Made by a program: the position numbers and the translations under genes. Shown piece by piece: positions 21,884 to 31,549 of a stretch of 64,000 nt of DNA. The notes under the pieces are model-generated. The model ran no database searches and was not told the DNA's origin. It saw only the letters and a list, made by a program, of their open reading frames with translations. Each line of letters begins with the position of its first letter. Position 1 is the first letter of the stretch. The stretch is from NCBI GenBank assembly GCA_031411295.1, contig JANOAV010000140.1, forward strand, positions 32,001-96,000. The letters are read 5' to 3'. The stretch is from Verrucomicrobiales bacterium (lineage in GTDB: Bacteria > Verrucomicrobiota > Verrucomicrobiia > Verrucomicrobiales > V1-33).

Positions 21884-23020
21884 TTATCTGAGTTTCAGGG
21901 TCGCCAGGCCAATGAAAGCACATACAATGCCGATAATCCAAAAGCGCACCACAACTTGAGTTTCCTTCCAGCCACAAAGCTCAAAATGATGGTGCAGGGG
22001 ACTCATCCTAAAGACCCGGCGGCCTTCCCCGTATTTCTTGCGGGTATACTTGAAGTAAACGCGCTGAATGATGACCGAGGCTGCTTCCACCACGAAGACC
22101 CCACCGACGATGACCAGCGTGACCTCTTGCTTGCAACTGATTGCCATAACCGCCAACCCGCCGCCGATGGCGAGTGCGCCCGTGTCTCCCATGAACACAC
22201 GAGCCGGGGCGCAATTAAACCAGAGGAAGCCAATGGTGGCTCCGAGCAGGGAAAAGCTAACGACGGCCATCTCCCCGGAAAGTTGATTGTAGGGCAGATT
22301 GAGATACTCCGCAGAACCCTTGGTGCCTTGGAGATAATTGAAGATGCCATAGGTAAAGGCCACCGGGATGGTGCAGCCGGTAGCGAGGCCATCGAGGCCG
22401 TCGGTCAGGTTCACGGCGTTGGAAGAGCCGATGATGACGATCATGAAAAAGGGCACGGTCCACCATCCCATGTCCTGGATTACCGCGGTTTTGATAAACG
22501 GAATCCAGAGTTGGCCGAAGTATCCCGGGTTGGTGCGATAAATCAGGACCGCCACGATGGCTGCCACGATGAATTGAAAGACCAGTTTGAAGCGCTCGCT
22601 AACGCCTTTGCTGTTCCGCTTGGTGACTTTCAGGTAGTCGTCCCAGAAGCCCAGAATGCCGAGCGTAACCACCGCAAAGACCGTCAACCAGATGTAGGGA
22701 TCTGTCCAGTGGCAGCAGAGCACCACCCCCAGCGCGAACGCCAGCACGATCATGATCCCACCCATGGTAGGGGTGCCCTTTTTTCCTTCATGGAGCGCAA
22801 ACAGTTGGTTCACTTCTTCCGCGGTGCGGATGGGTTGCCCCATCTTGAGCGAGAGCAGCTTCATGATGACGCGATTGCCAATCAGGAGGACAAAGGTTAG
22901 CGAAATCAACGCGGCCATGATGGCGCGAAACGATTCGTATTGCAGCACGTTGGTGACCTTTTTCCAAAAGTCATGTTCGCCTGCGTTGGCTTTGAGCAGT
23001 TCGTGAATCCAGTAAAGCAT
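21884..23020 (-). CDS. mraY: Phospho-MurNAc-pentapeptide transferase
   Basis: KKGTPTMGG, DDY, NAVNLTDGLDGLA, FMGDTG, PLHHHFE. Confidence 0.97.
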   Translation of the reverse strand: MLYWIHELLKANAGEHDFWKKVTNVLQYESFRAIMAALISLTFVLLIGNRVIMKLLSLKMGQPIRTAEEVNQLFALHEGKKGTPTMGGIMIVLAFALGVVLCCHWTDPYIWLTVFAVVTLGILGFWDDYLKVTKRNSKGVSERFKLVFQFIVAAIVAVLIYRTNPGYFGQLWIPFIKTAVIQDMGWWTVPFFMIVIIGSSNAVNLTDGLDGLATGCTIPVAFTYGIFNYLQGTKGSAEYLNLPYNQLSGEMAVVSFSLLGATIGFLWFNCAPARVFMGDTGALAIGGGLAVMAISCKQEVTLVIVGGVFVVEAASVIIQRVYFKYTRKKYGEGRRVFRMSPLHHHFELCGWKETQVVVRFWIIGIVCAFIGLATLKLR

Positions 23021-23022
23021 GG

Positions 23023-24405
23023 TTAGGCGGTAAAGTGTTCGATGATCTTTTCCATGGCGGCAGAGCGGCTACCCTTAATCAGGATAAGATCGGCGGCATG
23101 GGCGGTGGTTTGTAAGAATTTGGCGCACGCCGCAGCATCAGCAAAAGCATGGATGGCGGTGGTCGGAGTTTCCCGGAGCGCGGCTTGGGCACCTTCTGCG
23201 ATCAGTCTGGCGTCGGTGTCACCTACGGTGCAAAGCAGAGGGAATTTTCCCGCCACGACGTTGGCACCTAATTCTCGATGGGCGGCGGCGGCATGAATTC
23301 CCAGTTCACCCATCCGGCCCAGGACGACGATGCGGCGGCCGGAACATTCGCAACTGAGCAGGGTTTGCAGGGCTGCTTTCATGGAATCCGGATTTGCGTT
23401 ATAGCTATCGTCCAGAAAAGTGAGTCCTCCCGCCAGACGCCATTGCAGGCGGCCGTGGTTGAGGCTGGCGGATTCCAACCCGGCAATGATGGTTTCAGCC
23501 GGCATCCCGAAATGATATCCGGCTGCCGCCGCCAGTGCCGCATTGCCAATCATATGCCGCCCTGGCACCGGCAGATGAACGGGCAGGGGATCGAGTCTGG
23601 GGAATTGCAGATCAAAGTTACTGCCAGAGAGGTCAGCGGTAACATTACTCACCCGGACATCCGCCTGCTCGCTGAAACCAGCCGTGAGCACATATCCCGC
23701 CGTGCGCTCCGTCAGCACCGGGGTGAAGTCGTCGTCCGCATTGAGGATGACACAACCGTCTTCCGGCACCTCTGCCGCCAGATCCCCCTTCTCTTGGGCG
23801 ATGGCTTCCCGGCTGCCCAAAAACTCAATGTGGGCCGTGCCGATGTTGGTAATGATGGCCGCATTCGGCTGCGCGATGGCGGCCAGGGGAGCAATTTCAC
23901 CACGATGATTCATGCCCATTTCCAGCACCGCAATTTCGTCTTCCGCAGCGATGCCTAACACCGACAAGGGCAGGCCGATGTGGTTGTTCAGATTACCTTT
24001 GGTGGCGTGGACGTGAAACGTCTGGGACAGCACTGCGGTAACAAAATCCTTTGTGCTCGTCTTGCCATTGCTGCCCGTGATCCCCAACACCTTGCCGCCC
24101 CAAGCCTTGCGCCAGGCTGCGGCCATGCGTTGCAGGCCCGCTAATGTGTCCTCCACCAAAATAACCGCCCCCGGCGGATAGGCCGGCAACTCTCGGGCGA
24201 CCAGAAAGGCTTGCGCACCAGCGGCGGCAGCTTGATCCAGGAAGTTGTGGGCATCAAAGTTCTCACCCGCCAACGCCACAAACAAACTCTGCGGAGGCAG
24301 GCTGCGGGAATCTGTGGACACGGCTGGGATCATGGCCGTGGGATCACCCTGCAAGAGGGTGCCTCCAGTCCAGTCAACGAGCTGTGCTACAGATTGCGGT
24401 TTCAT
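23023..24405 (-). CDS. murF: UDP-MurNAc-tripeptide:D-Ala-D-Ala ligase
   Basis: TDSR, ITGSNGKTSTK, NNHIGLP, EMGMNH, DDSYNANP, KGSR. Confidence 0.96.
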   Translation of the reverse strand: MKPQSVAQLVDWTGGTLLQGDPTAMIPAVSTDSRSLPPQSLFVALAGENFDAHNFLDQAAAAGAQAFLVARELPAYPPGAVILVEDTLAGLQRMAAAWRKAWGGKVLGITGSNGKTSTKDFVTAVLSQTFHVHATKGNLNNHIGLPLSVLGIAAEDEIAVLEMGMNHRGEIAPLAAIAQPNAAIITNIGTAHIEFLGSREAIAQEKGDLAAEVPEDGCVILNADDDFTPVLTERTAGYVLTAGFSEQADVRVSNVTADLSGSNFDLQFPRLDPLPVHLPVPGRHMIGNAALAAAAGYHFGMPAETIIAGLESASLNHGRLQWRLAGGLTFLDDSYNANPDSMKAALQTLLSCECSGRRIVVLGRMGELGIHAAAAHRELGANVVAGKFPLLCTVGDTDARLIAEGAQAALRETPTTAIHAFADAAACAKFLQTTAHAADLILIKGSRSAAMEKIIEHFTA

Positions 24406-25889
24406 TCCGGGGCCTCCCGTCTGGCCCGCAGGTAGAAGCTGGCTACTCTGACATCATCAAATGGGATCGTGCGGTCCGCGAAGATTTGATAGGCCTCGTG
24501 ACCTTTACCAGCCAGCAAAATGATGTCGCCATCGCGCGCCATTTCGATGGCCAGCTTGATCGCCTCCTCCCGGTCTGGGATCTTGGCGTAGCTCTGACCC
24601 CGCATGCCCACGGCCATGTCGTCGAGAATTTTGGCAGGATCTTCACTGCGGGGATTGTCCGATGTTAGGATGACGCGATCGCTATAGGTTTCCGCCATGT
24701 GCGCCATGAGCGGCCGCTTGGTGACATCGCGATCCCCACCGCATCCGCAGAGGGTAATGATTCGTCGAGGATTGAGCCCCCGCAGAGTTTTGAGCACATT
24801 TTCCAAGGCGTCCGGGGTGTGGGCATAGTCCACGAAGACCCGGAAGTTGCGCTGCGGTCCCACGCTTTGCAGGCGACCCGGGACTTGCGGCATTTTGGCA
24901 ATGTGGTTGGTGGCTTCCCGCAGATTGAAACCCATGGCATTCACCGCCGCCAGCGCTGCCGCAGAATTGAAGACATTGAAGCGACCAATGATCGGCAGGC
25001 GCACAATCATGGTGCGACCTTTCACTTCCAAGGTAAAGCTGGAAGTGGTAATGGTGGTGGTGATATCAGCAATGCGGAAATCTACTCCGTAGCTCATCCC
25101 GTAAGTCACGACCTGGCCGGTGCTGCGATACTGTTCGGCATATTTTTTACCGCTGAAATCATCCAGATTGATGATCATCTTGGACTTTCTTTTGTGCGCT
25201 TGCTGCGTCAACTGTTCAAAGAATCGACCTTTGGCAGCCCGGTAGGCGTCCATGGTGCCATGATAATCCAAGTGGTCCTGCGTTAAGTTAGTAAAGACTG
25301 CGGCATCGAACTCCACGCCCGCCACACGCTGCTGCTCCAGAGCATGACTGCTCACTTCCATGGCTACGCCGGCGCAACCGTTGTTGCGGATGAGATCCAG
25401 CAACCGTTGGATTTCCACACCGTCCGGCGTGGTATGGCTCGCGGGAATCGTCTCGCCATCCCCCAAATCATAGCGAATGGTGCCGAGAAAGCCGCAGCGG
25501 CCTTTGCTGGAGGCCATTAGATGTTGGATAATGAGCGCTGTCGTGGTTTTCCCGTTGGTTCCGGTCACTCCGGCCACTTTTAAATCGTTGGCCGGATGAT
25601 GATAGAATTCGCTGGCTGCCACCGCCAACGCTTTGGCGGAATCTTTGACTTGAATCCAGGATCCGTTGTAATCCACCGGCACATCGCTTTCTGCAACAAT
25701 TGCCAGGGCACCTTGCGTGATGGCTTGATCGATAAATTGGTGACCGTCGGTTTTGGATCCTCGCAGGGCAAAGAAGAGGGAGCCTGGAGCCACCTTGCGA
25801 GAATCGGCCGTCAACGACACCACGTCACCCTCCACAGGTCCGGCGGAGCGGGCTTGGGGCAGGGATTTGAGGATGGTAGATAGATTCAT
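24402..25889 (-). CDS. murE: UDP-MurNAc-dipeptide:meso-DAP ligase
   Basis: VTGTNGKTT, MEVSSH, DHLDYH, DYAHTPD, DNPR (meso-DAP specificity motif), AGKGHE. Confidence 0.96.
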   Translation of the reverse strand: MNLSTILKSLPQARSAGPVEGDVVSLTADSRKVAPGSLFFALRGSKTDGHQFIDQAITQGALAIVAESDVPVDYNGSWIQVKDSAKALAVAASEFYHHPANDLKVAGVTGTNGKTTTALIIQHLMASSKGRCGFLGTIRYDLGDGETIPASHTTPDGVEIQRLLDLIRNNGCAGVAMEVSSHALEQQRVAGVEFDAAVFTNLTQDHLDYHGTMDAYRAAKGRFFEQLTQQAHKRKSKMIINLDDFSGKKYAEQYRSTGQVVTYGMSYGVDFRIADITTTITTSSFTLEVKGRTMIVRLPIIGRFNVFNSAAALAAVNAMGFNLREATNHIAKMPQVPGRLQSVGPQRNFRVFVDYAHTPDALENVLKTLRGLNPRRIITLCGCGGDRDVTKRPLMAHMAETYSDRVILTSDNPRSEDPAKILDDMAVGMRGQSYAKIPDREEAIKLAIEMARDGDIILLAGKGHEAYQIFADRTIPFDDVRVASFYLRARREAPE

Positions 25890-25942
25890 GGGGCGGTGAG
25901 CTTCCAGAGCGCAGGTCGGGAAACAAGAGATATTTGAAAGTT

Positions 25943-27931
25943 CTAGGGATGGCGGGGTTTGGCCACATGGGTCACGACTTCACCGGGCACTTCGTAATAG
26001 CGCAGGGCTGATTCCATAATGCGGCGGAAGACGGGTGCGGCCAGCTTGCCCCCGTAGAGTTGTTCTTTAGGAGCGCGCGGATCATCAATCACCACCACGC
26101 CAATGAGCTTGGGATTCACGGCAGGCGCGAAGCCCAAAAAGGAGACAACATACCGATCCTTATAGTAGCCCCCGCCCTCTTCTTTGGGCCGGTGGAGCAG
26201 GGCGGTGCCAGTCTTGCCTGCGATGTAATAATCACGGCTCTGGGCTTTGGTTCCGGTGCCGCGTTCCACCACCTCCAGCATGGCTTCCCGGGTGCCTTTG
26301 GCGGCGTTGGCTGAGATCACCCGCCGCCGGTTTGCTGGCTTGTGTTCTTCCAGCACGCGATTCCGCGAATCCAGCACGGCCTCCACCATATAGGGTTCCT
26401 GATACCAGCCGTCGTTCAGGATCACGCCCAACGCGGAGCACATTTGAATCGGGGTGACGGAGATATTGTAGCCAAAAGCCGTGCGGGCCAGCACGTTGTA
26501 GTTCCACTCTTTCGCTACGATGCCTCGCGTTTCCAGCCCGGTATGTTTCAATGGATCAGCCATGCCCATGAAGTTGGTGCGTTTCCCAAAACCGAAGCCA
26601 TAGATGATGTCCTCAAATTTCTTCAGGCCCACGGTGCGGGCTAACTTGTAGGCGCCAATGTTACTGCTGTGCACCAGAATGTCGCGCACACTCAGGGAAG
26701 GGAACGCCTCATCATCGGTGATCCGCTCCACATCCGCGTCATCATAAGTCGGGCCATTGATCGCGATGTAGGTGTTCAGGTTGACTTTGGTGGAATCAAG
26801 CGCGGCGGCCACGGTGCAAATTTTCATGGTTGATCCCGGTTCGTAGATCCCAGTCGAGGCAGCATTCGAGGGTTGCTGATCTTTGTCCCAGGAATGCATC
26901 GCGCGGATGGCCATCGTCTTAGCGTCCAACAGCACCACCATCACGCGCGCCGGCTTCAGCGGCGGCAGATACACTTCTTTGGGATCATTCCCGGTCTGAC
27001 TCAGGCAGGCGGCCACGATCTCCTTCAACGTCGTATCCAATGTTAGCCGCAGCGACTTGCCCTCTTGGGGGTCCACGATTTCATTTTGCACATTGGCGAT
27101 TTCCCGCCCGCCCGCATCGACCTCATAGATGCGCTTGCCGTCAACCCCTGTCAGGTCTGCATCCCGGGCTAGCTCAATCCCACCTGTCCTCGGTCCACGC
27201 TCCTGTAGATTGCCGCTGGGGGGCGTTTGCACCGTTCCAATCAGCGGGAGTAGCTCGGGATCATTCAACGGCGTGCGACGGTAGAAGGAATTGATGCGCA
27301 GGCATCCCAACTGATTTTCCTGCATGATGCGATTCAAGCGGTTGGCTTGCAGAGCATTAATTTCTGCCGCCAGCACGGTTTGCCCGGAATCCCATTTGCG
27401 AGGGGCCCCCTTATCGGTGCGCTCTGTGATCAGCTTGGTAATCTCTTCTGGCGTGCGTTCCAAGGCTGGGGCTACGAGCGATGCCATCCACCAGATAAAG
27501 CGCTGCTGCATTTCTTTCTCATCCCAGGTGCGGCGTAACTCCGGCCAAGGGCGCTCCTCACTCTTGGCTAGAGCTTGCGCCATCCGATCCATGGCACCCA
27601 GGGACTTGGCCTTGCCAGTTTCCTTGTCAGGCTGGCCCCATTCCCGCATCGCCATATTGTCGAACACGACGGATTGCATGGCTTGATCACTGGTCAGGAG
27701 ACGCATTTTGGTGTCCAAAATGGGGCCGCGGGCGGCAGGTAAGACATCCTCCCGCACCCGATTCCGATCCGCTCTGGCCGTCCAGACCTTGTATTCAATC
27801 ATTTGCAGATAAAAGATCCGTGCCGAGATGGCGGTAAATGCCAACACCGCCAAGAACAGCGCCAAGGTAGCACGCTTAGTTAGGCAATAATCGCACTCGC
27901 GATCCAATGGAGTGATGCTTGGGCGCTTCAT
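25943..27931 (-). CDS. ftsI: Class B penicillin-binding protein (FtsI/PBP3)
   Basis: N-terminal TM, RGPILD, EPGSTMK (SxxK), SSN (SxN), GKTGT; position in the dcw cluster. Confidence 0.88.
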   Translation of the reverse strand: MKRPSITPLDRECDYCLTKRATLALFLAVLAFTAISARIFYLQMIEYKVWTARADRNRVREDVLPAARGPILDTKMRLLTSDQAMQSVVFDNMAMREWGQPDKETGKAKSLGAMDRMAQALAKSEERPWPELRRTWDEKEMQQRFIWWMASLVAPALERTPEEITKLITERTDKGAPRKWDSGQTVLAAEINALQANRLNRIMQENQLGCLRINSFYRRTPLNDPELLPLIGTVQTPPSGNLQERGPRTGGIELARDADLTGVDGKRIYEVDAGGREIANVQNEIVDPQEGKSLRLTLDTTLKEIVAACLSQTGNDPKEVYLPPLKPARVMVVLLDAKTMAIRAMHSWDKDQQPSNAASTGIYEPGSTMKICTVAAALDSTKVNLNTYIAINGPTYDDADVERITDDEAFPSLSVRDILVHSSNIGAYKLARTVGLKKFEDIIYGFGFGKRTNFMGMADPLKHTGLETRGIVAKEWNYNVLARTAFGYNISVTPIQMCSALGVILNDGWYQEPYMVEAVLDSRNRVLEEHKPANRRRVISANAAKGTREAMLEVVERGTGTKAQSRDYYIAGKTGTALLHRPKEEGGGYYKDRYVVSFLGFAPAVNPKLIGVVVIDDPRAPKEQLYGGKLAAPVFRRIMESALRYYEVPGEVVTHVAKPRHP

Positions 27932-27932
27932 T

Positions 27933-28274
27933 TTATTTACGGGAACTGACCACGGTGCCATCAGGTTGCACGGTCAAAATTTCATCGACATCCGGATTGG
28001 TTCGCTTGAGATCGATGCCAAAGGAACTCATTCGGCTGAGGAGGGGGCCGCTCTTCTCCCGCTGGCGATTCCCTGAATCCAAGCGGCGGATTTCGTTGTC
28101 CAGACGTTGGATAACGTCAGCCAGTTGGTTCACTTCCTTGGCCTTCTCTTTCTGCTTCATGCCCAGCCACGTGTGGGCAATGCCGAAGGCACCCAGAATC
28201 ACCACCACCAGCAGGATGTTCAAGACCAGCATGGGTTTCAGGGATGCGTCGTAGCTAAATTTGCCAATTCTCAT
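27933..28274 (-). CDS. ftsL: Probable cell division protein FtsL
   Basis: Small bitopic protein with TM plus coiled coil between rsmH and ftsI; call rests on synteny and topology. Confidence 0.6.
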   Translation of the reverse strand: MRIGKFSYDASLKPMLVLNILLVVVILGAFGIAHTWLGMKQKEKAKEVNQLADVIQRLDNEIRRLDSGNRQREKSGPLLSRMSSFGIDLKRTNPDVDEILTVQPDGTVVSSRK

Positions 28275-28289
28275 AAAATGAATTTCAAG

Positions 28290-29450
28290 TTAGGGTTGAG
28301 TCGGAGAGGCGATGCGTTCCGCTACCCGCAACTTGCAACTGCGGGCACGTGGGTTGGCTTGGATCTCTTGGGGAGTGGCCACCACGGCTTTCCGCATCAC
28401 CAGTTGGAAATGATAGTTGGGGTTGGGCCGCGGGCGGGGCCAGGACGGATGATCCAACTCGGCCTGGCTATGCTCCCGCAGGAAATGTTTCACAATCCGA
28501 TCTTCCAAACTATGAAATGTTAGGATAACCAGACGTCCCCCTACTGCCAACCACTGAGGAGCGGCCGCCAAGGCTAGTTCCAAGCTGGGTAGCTCCTGAT
28601 TTACCTCCAGCCGCAAGGCCTGAAACGTTCGGGTGGCAGGATGGGTCCGTCCCTTCTGGGGCACGACACTCGCTACGATGGCGGCAAGGTCTGTCGTCAA
28701 AAAAATCGCCTTCGTTGCCCGTCGCGCCACGATGGTCCGGGCAATGCGCCGAGCCGCCGGCTCCTCCCCATAAATTTCCAGCAAGCGACGCAACTCCGCT
28801 TCGTCCCAAGTGTTCACAATATCCTCTGCGCTGATCCCGGCATCGGGGTCAAATCTCATATCAAGTCTGCCCTCACGCATAAATGAAAATCCCCGTGCAG
28901 GGTTTTCCAACTGACGGGAACTGAGGCCCAAATCCAGGAAAATCCCGTCCAGCAATCGACTCACTCCAGCCGCTTCCATCAGGTTAGGGAAGTCTGCAAA
29001 ATTTGCCTGAAGGGCCGTGAAACGCTCGCCATAGATTGGTTCCAAGCGGTGCCGAGCCCGGGCAATGGCGGCTGGATCCCGATCCGTCGCGAGGACTTGT
29101 GCTCCATTTTCTAAAAAAAGTTGGGTGTGCCCAGCACCGCCCAAAGTCCCATCAAAAACCAATTTGCCCGGATCAGGCCGCAGAAAGTGCACGGATTCTG
29201 GCCCCATGATCGGCTTATGATAATCCTCGCCAGCCCAGCCGCGCTCGCCCGCGGAGCCTCCACTGCTCTGCTCCTCCTCGCTTTGTTGCAAGCGCCATCC
29301 AGCCAAGGGTCGCCCCGGGCCCGCGCTCATGGTAGGGGCTCCTTTGGGCCATAAGGCAAGATGATGACACATTGTTCCCACCCACCCACGCGGCCGCGGA
29401 CCCGAGGAGAGTCGGGCTGAGTGCGTTGGATTTAGGAATGGACTTGTCAT
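28290..29450 (-). CDS. rsmH: 16S rRNA m4C1402 methyltransferase RsmH (start uncertain)
   Basis: YHKPIM, DGTLGGAGH, DLGLSS, RGFSF...LDMR, HPATRTFQALR, FHSLEDRIVK, NPRARS. Confidence 0.93.
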   Translation of the reverse strand: MTSPFLNPTHSARLSSGPRPRGWVGTMCHHLALWPKGAPTMSAGPGRPLAGWRLQQSEEEQSSGGSAGERGWAGEDYHKPIMGPESVHFLRPDPGKLVFDGTLGGAGHTQLFLENGAQVLATDRDPAAIARARHRLEPIYGERFTALQANFADFPNLMEAAGVSRLLDGIFLDLGLSSRQLENPARGFSFMREGRLDMRFDPDAGISAEDIVNTWDEAELRRLLEIYGEEPAARRIARTIVARRATKAIFLTTDLAAIVASVVPQKGRTHPATRTFQALRLEVNQELPSLELALAAAPQWLAVGGRLVILTFHSLEDRIVKHFLREHSQAELDHPSWPRPRPNPNYHFQLVMRKAVVATPQEIQANPRARSCKLRVAERIASPTQP

Positions 29451-29658
29451 CGGAATGTTTTTAGAATTACTCAGTATCCGCCAAGGGAATTTTTAGAATA
29501 ACTGCATCCAATGTAGCAAAACTATGCCTGATTATCAAGACTTATTAAATAAATGCGTCCAAAAAATACTAGCTCCTACAAAAATTCAAATTTCCCTAAA
29601 TGCAAGCCTGCTTCTCGAAAATGCTGATTTGCGAGGTTACGGACCGGGAGCTATGAAA

Positions 29659-30918
29659 TTACGGATCGCATTTCACCTTGACCTCGCAACTGAAGATCAG
29701 TCCCGGGTCGCCCCGTTCGGCCAGCGTGTTTGCCAGCACGGCAATGGTTCGGCGTGGAATTGCGTCGTGCAGCGGCTTTCCTCCCACCACAATTTTCACA
29801 GCTTGCTCCAAATCCATCATGGCATCATTCAGGCGCACGATCACCTCCGAAGTGCCGCCAGGCTCAAGCTGGATCCTTTGCCCATGGCGCTGAGCCGTGA
29901 TGGTGACGCCGGATTTGGCCTGTCCTGCAGGAATGGCTAGCCAATAAAGGCGATCATGGGTGACGTCGTCCTGCCGCCAGACGATTTTATCTGGGTGTGG
30001 ATTGCGAGTGAACTTCTCCATCCATGGAATCGCCTTCCGATCCTGCAGGTCCATCCAGTGGCCCTTGCCCGCGTGGAGTTCGGTGAAATGTTCGTAGCCT
30101 GCCGGGTCGGCTGCACGCAACTTGTCGAGCTTGATACCCCAGGCGGAGGCCACTTCATTGCGCTTAAAGCCCATGTCATTGGCTCCTACTTGCAGGGCGA
30201 AGGGCACATTGCGCAAGCCATCAGGCACTGTTTCATTCGGATGGCCTGCCATCATGGCTGCTCCAGCCCAGCGATCCGCCATGCGCGGACCCAATTGGTA
30301 AACGCCATCGCCCCCGGCCGAGTAGCCCATAACGTAAACGCGATTGGGGTTCACGTGCTCCAAGATAATCATGTTTTCGATCAAGCGATCAAAGAGCGCG
30401 TCGATATGTGGCTCGTGCCAGAGATTCCAAGTATCGGTGGGAGCCCGGGGGGCCACGTAGATGCCTTCCGCAGGCTTGTATCCATTGGCCAGAGCGATCT
30501 GATTTTTCCACTGCGAATCATTAACCTCGGGAGCTGCATTACCACCGCCATGGAGCGAAATAAACAAGCTGCGACCTTCCGGAGTAGCGGTTCCGGGAAA
30601 GTCCACGGTGTCGAATTTCATCTTTTTACCTTGGGCCTCAATGACCTTGGCTTTCATTTCCGCTGTCCGCGTAGTGGTGATCCGAGTTACATGAGCGTCC
30701 CACAATAGTTTCTGTGCCTTGGCCGCATCGGCCTTGGTTAGCGCTACCTTGGTGAAGTCCCCCGAAGGAATCGCTCCTGCGGCCGGTGGAGGCTCCTTGA
30801 GCCACCCTTGCAGGGCCACCACGGCTTGGGCGGACTCCGCCGGGTTGGCAGACTCGGCACGCGCGGTCAAGTCCAGCCAGCAGGGGCAGATCAGAATGAG
30901 GAAAAATGCTAGTTTCAT
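29659..30918 (-). CDS. Exported alpha/beta hydrolase (esterase/depolymerase-like)
   Basis: Signal peptide, LHGGG oxyanion motif, GYSAGG nucleophile elbow, GAND and GKGHW. Confidence 0.8.
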   Translation of the reverse strand: MKLAFFLILICPCWLDLTARAESANPAESAQAVVALQGWLKEPPPAAGAIPSGDFTKVALTKADAAKAQKLLWDAHVTRITTTRTAEMKAKVIEAQGKKMKFDTVDFPGTATPEGRSLFISLHGGGNAAPEVNDSQWKNQIALANGYKPAEGIYVAPRAPTDTWNLWHEPHIDALFDRLIENMIILEHVNPNRVYVMGYSAGGDGVYQLGPRMADRWAGAAMMAGHPNETVPDGLRNVPFALQVGANDMGFKRNEVASAWGIKLDKLRAADPAGYEHFTELHAGKGHWMDLQDRKAIPWMEKFTRNPHPDKIVWRQDDVTHDRLYWLAIPAGQAKSGVTITAQRHGQRIQLEPGGTSEVIVRLNDAMMDLEQAVKIVVGGKPLHDAIPRRTIAVLANTLAERGDPGLIFSCEVKVKCDP

Positions 30919-31065
30919 GGTGCAAGCTACAAAATGCCTCCACGTGGGAAAGCAGGAAATCACGTAGTCCAGCCTGAGGAGCGGCGTTAGGTCAGGTGCC
31001 GACTGCGCCTTGCGTTTCTGCTGAGCTGCGGTTCCTTGACGCAATCTCCCAACCTCCTTTCCTCC

Positions 31066-31542
31066 ATGACCTTACAACCCGGATCGCTCGCGCCTCATTT
31101 CACTGCTTCTGTTATTGGTGGGGAATATGCCACCGAGACAACCATTTCCCTGAACGACTTTCTGGGCCAGGATCGCCCCGTGGTGCTTTATTTTTATCCC
31201 AAAGACAACACGCCCGGATGCACCAAGCAGGCGTGCGCGCTGCGGGATAACTGGTCGGAGGTGCGCGCCAAGGCGCAAATCTTCGGCGTCAGCACCGACA
31301 GCATTGCCAGTCATGCAAAATTTCAGAAGAAGCAGGATCTGCCCTTCCCCATCATCGCAGATCCAGAGAAAGCCATCGTGCAAGCCTATGGGGTGTGGGG
31401 GGAGAAGAGCCTCTACGGCATCAAATATACCGGCACGGATCGCAGCACGTTCATCATCAATCCAGACGGCACCATTCGCGCGGTGTTAGAGAAAGTTAAG
31501 GCCGGGCAGCATTTGGAGAAATTACTGGCCGCCCTGGCCTGA
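31066..31542 (+). CDS. bcp: Peroxiredoxin Bcp/PrxQ
   Basis: VVLYFYPKDNTPGCTKQAC and RSTFII motifs. Confidence 0.93.
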   Translation: MTLQPGSLAPHFTASVIGGEYATETTISLNDFLGQDRPVVLYFYPKDNTPGCTKQACALRDNWSEVRAKAQIFGVSTDSIASHAKFQKKQDLPFPIIADPEKAIVQAYGVWGEKSLYGIKYTGTDRSTFIINPDGTIRAVLEKVKAGQHLEKLLAALA

Positions 31543-31549
31543 GGCTGGA

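Noticed and set aside
21701..22900. 399-aa plus-strand ORF
   Set aside because: Antisense shadow of mraY/murD with no recognisable motifs; expected in GC-rich coding DNA.
29368..29389. GTGGG repeats as MraZ boxes upstream of the rsmH core
   Set aside because: The repeats overlap at a 4-bp period rather than the ~10-bp spacing of known MraZ sites, and no mraZ is adjacent.
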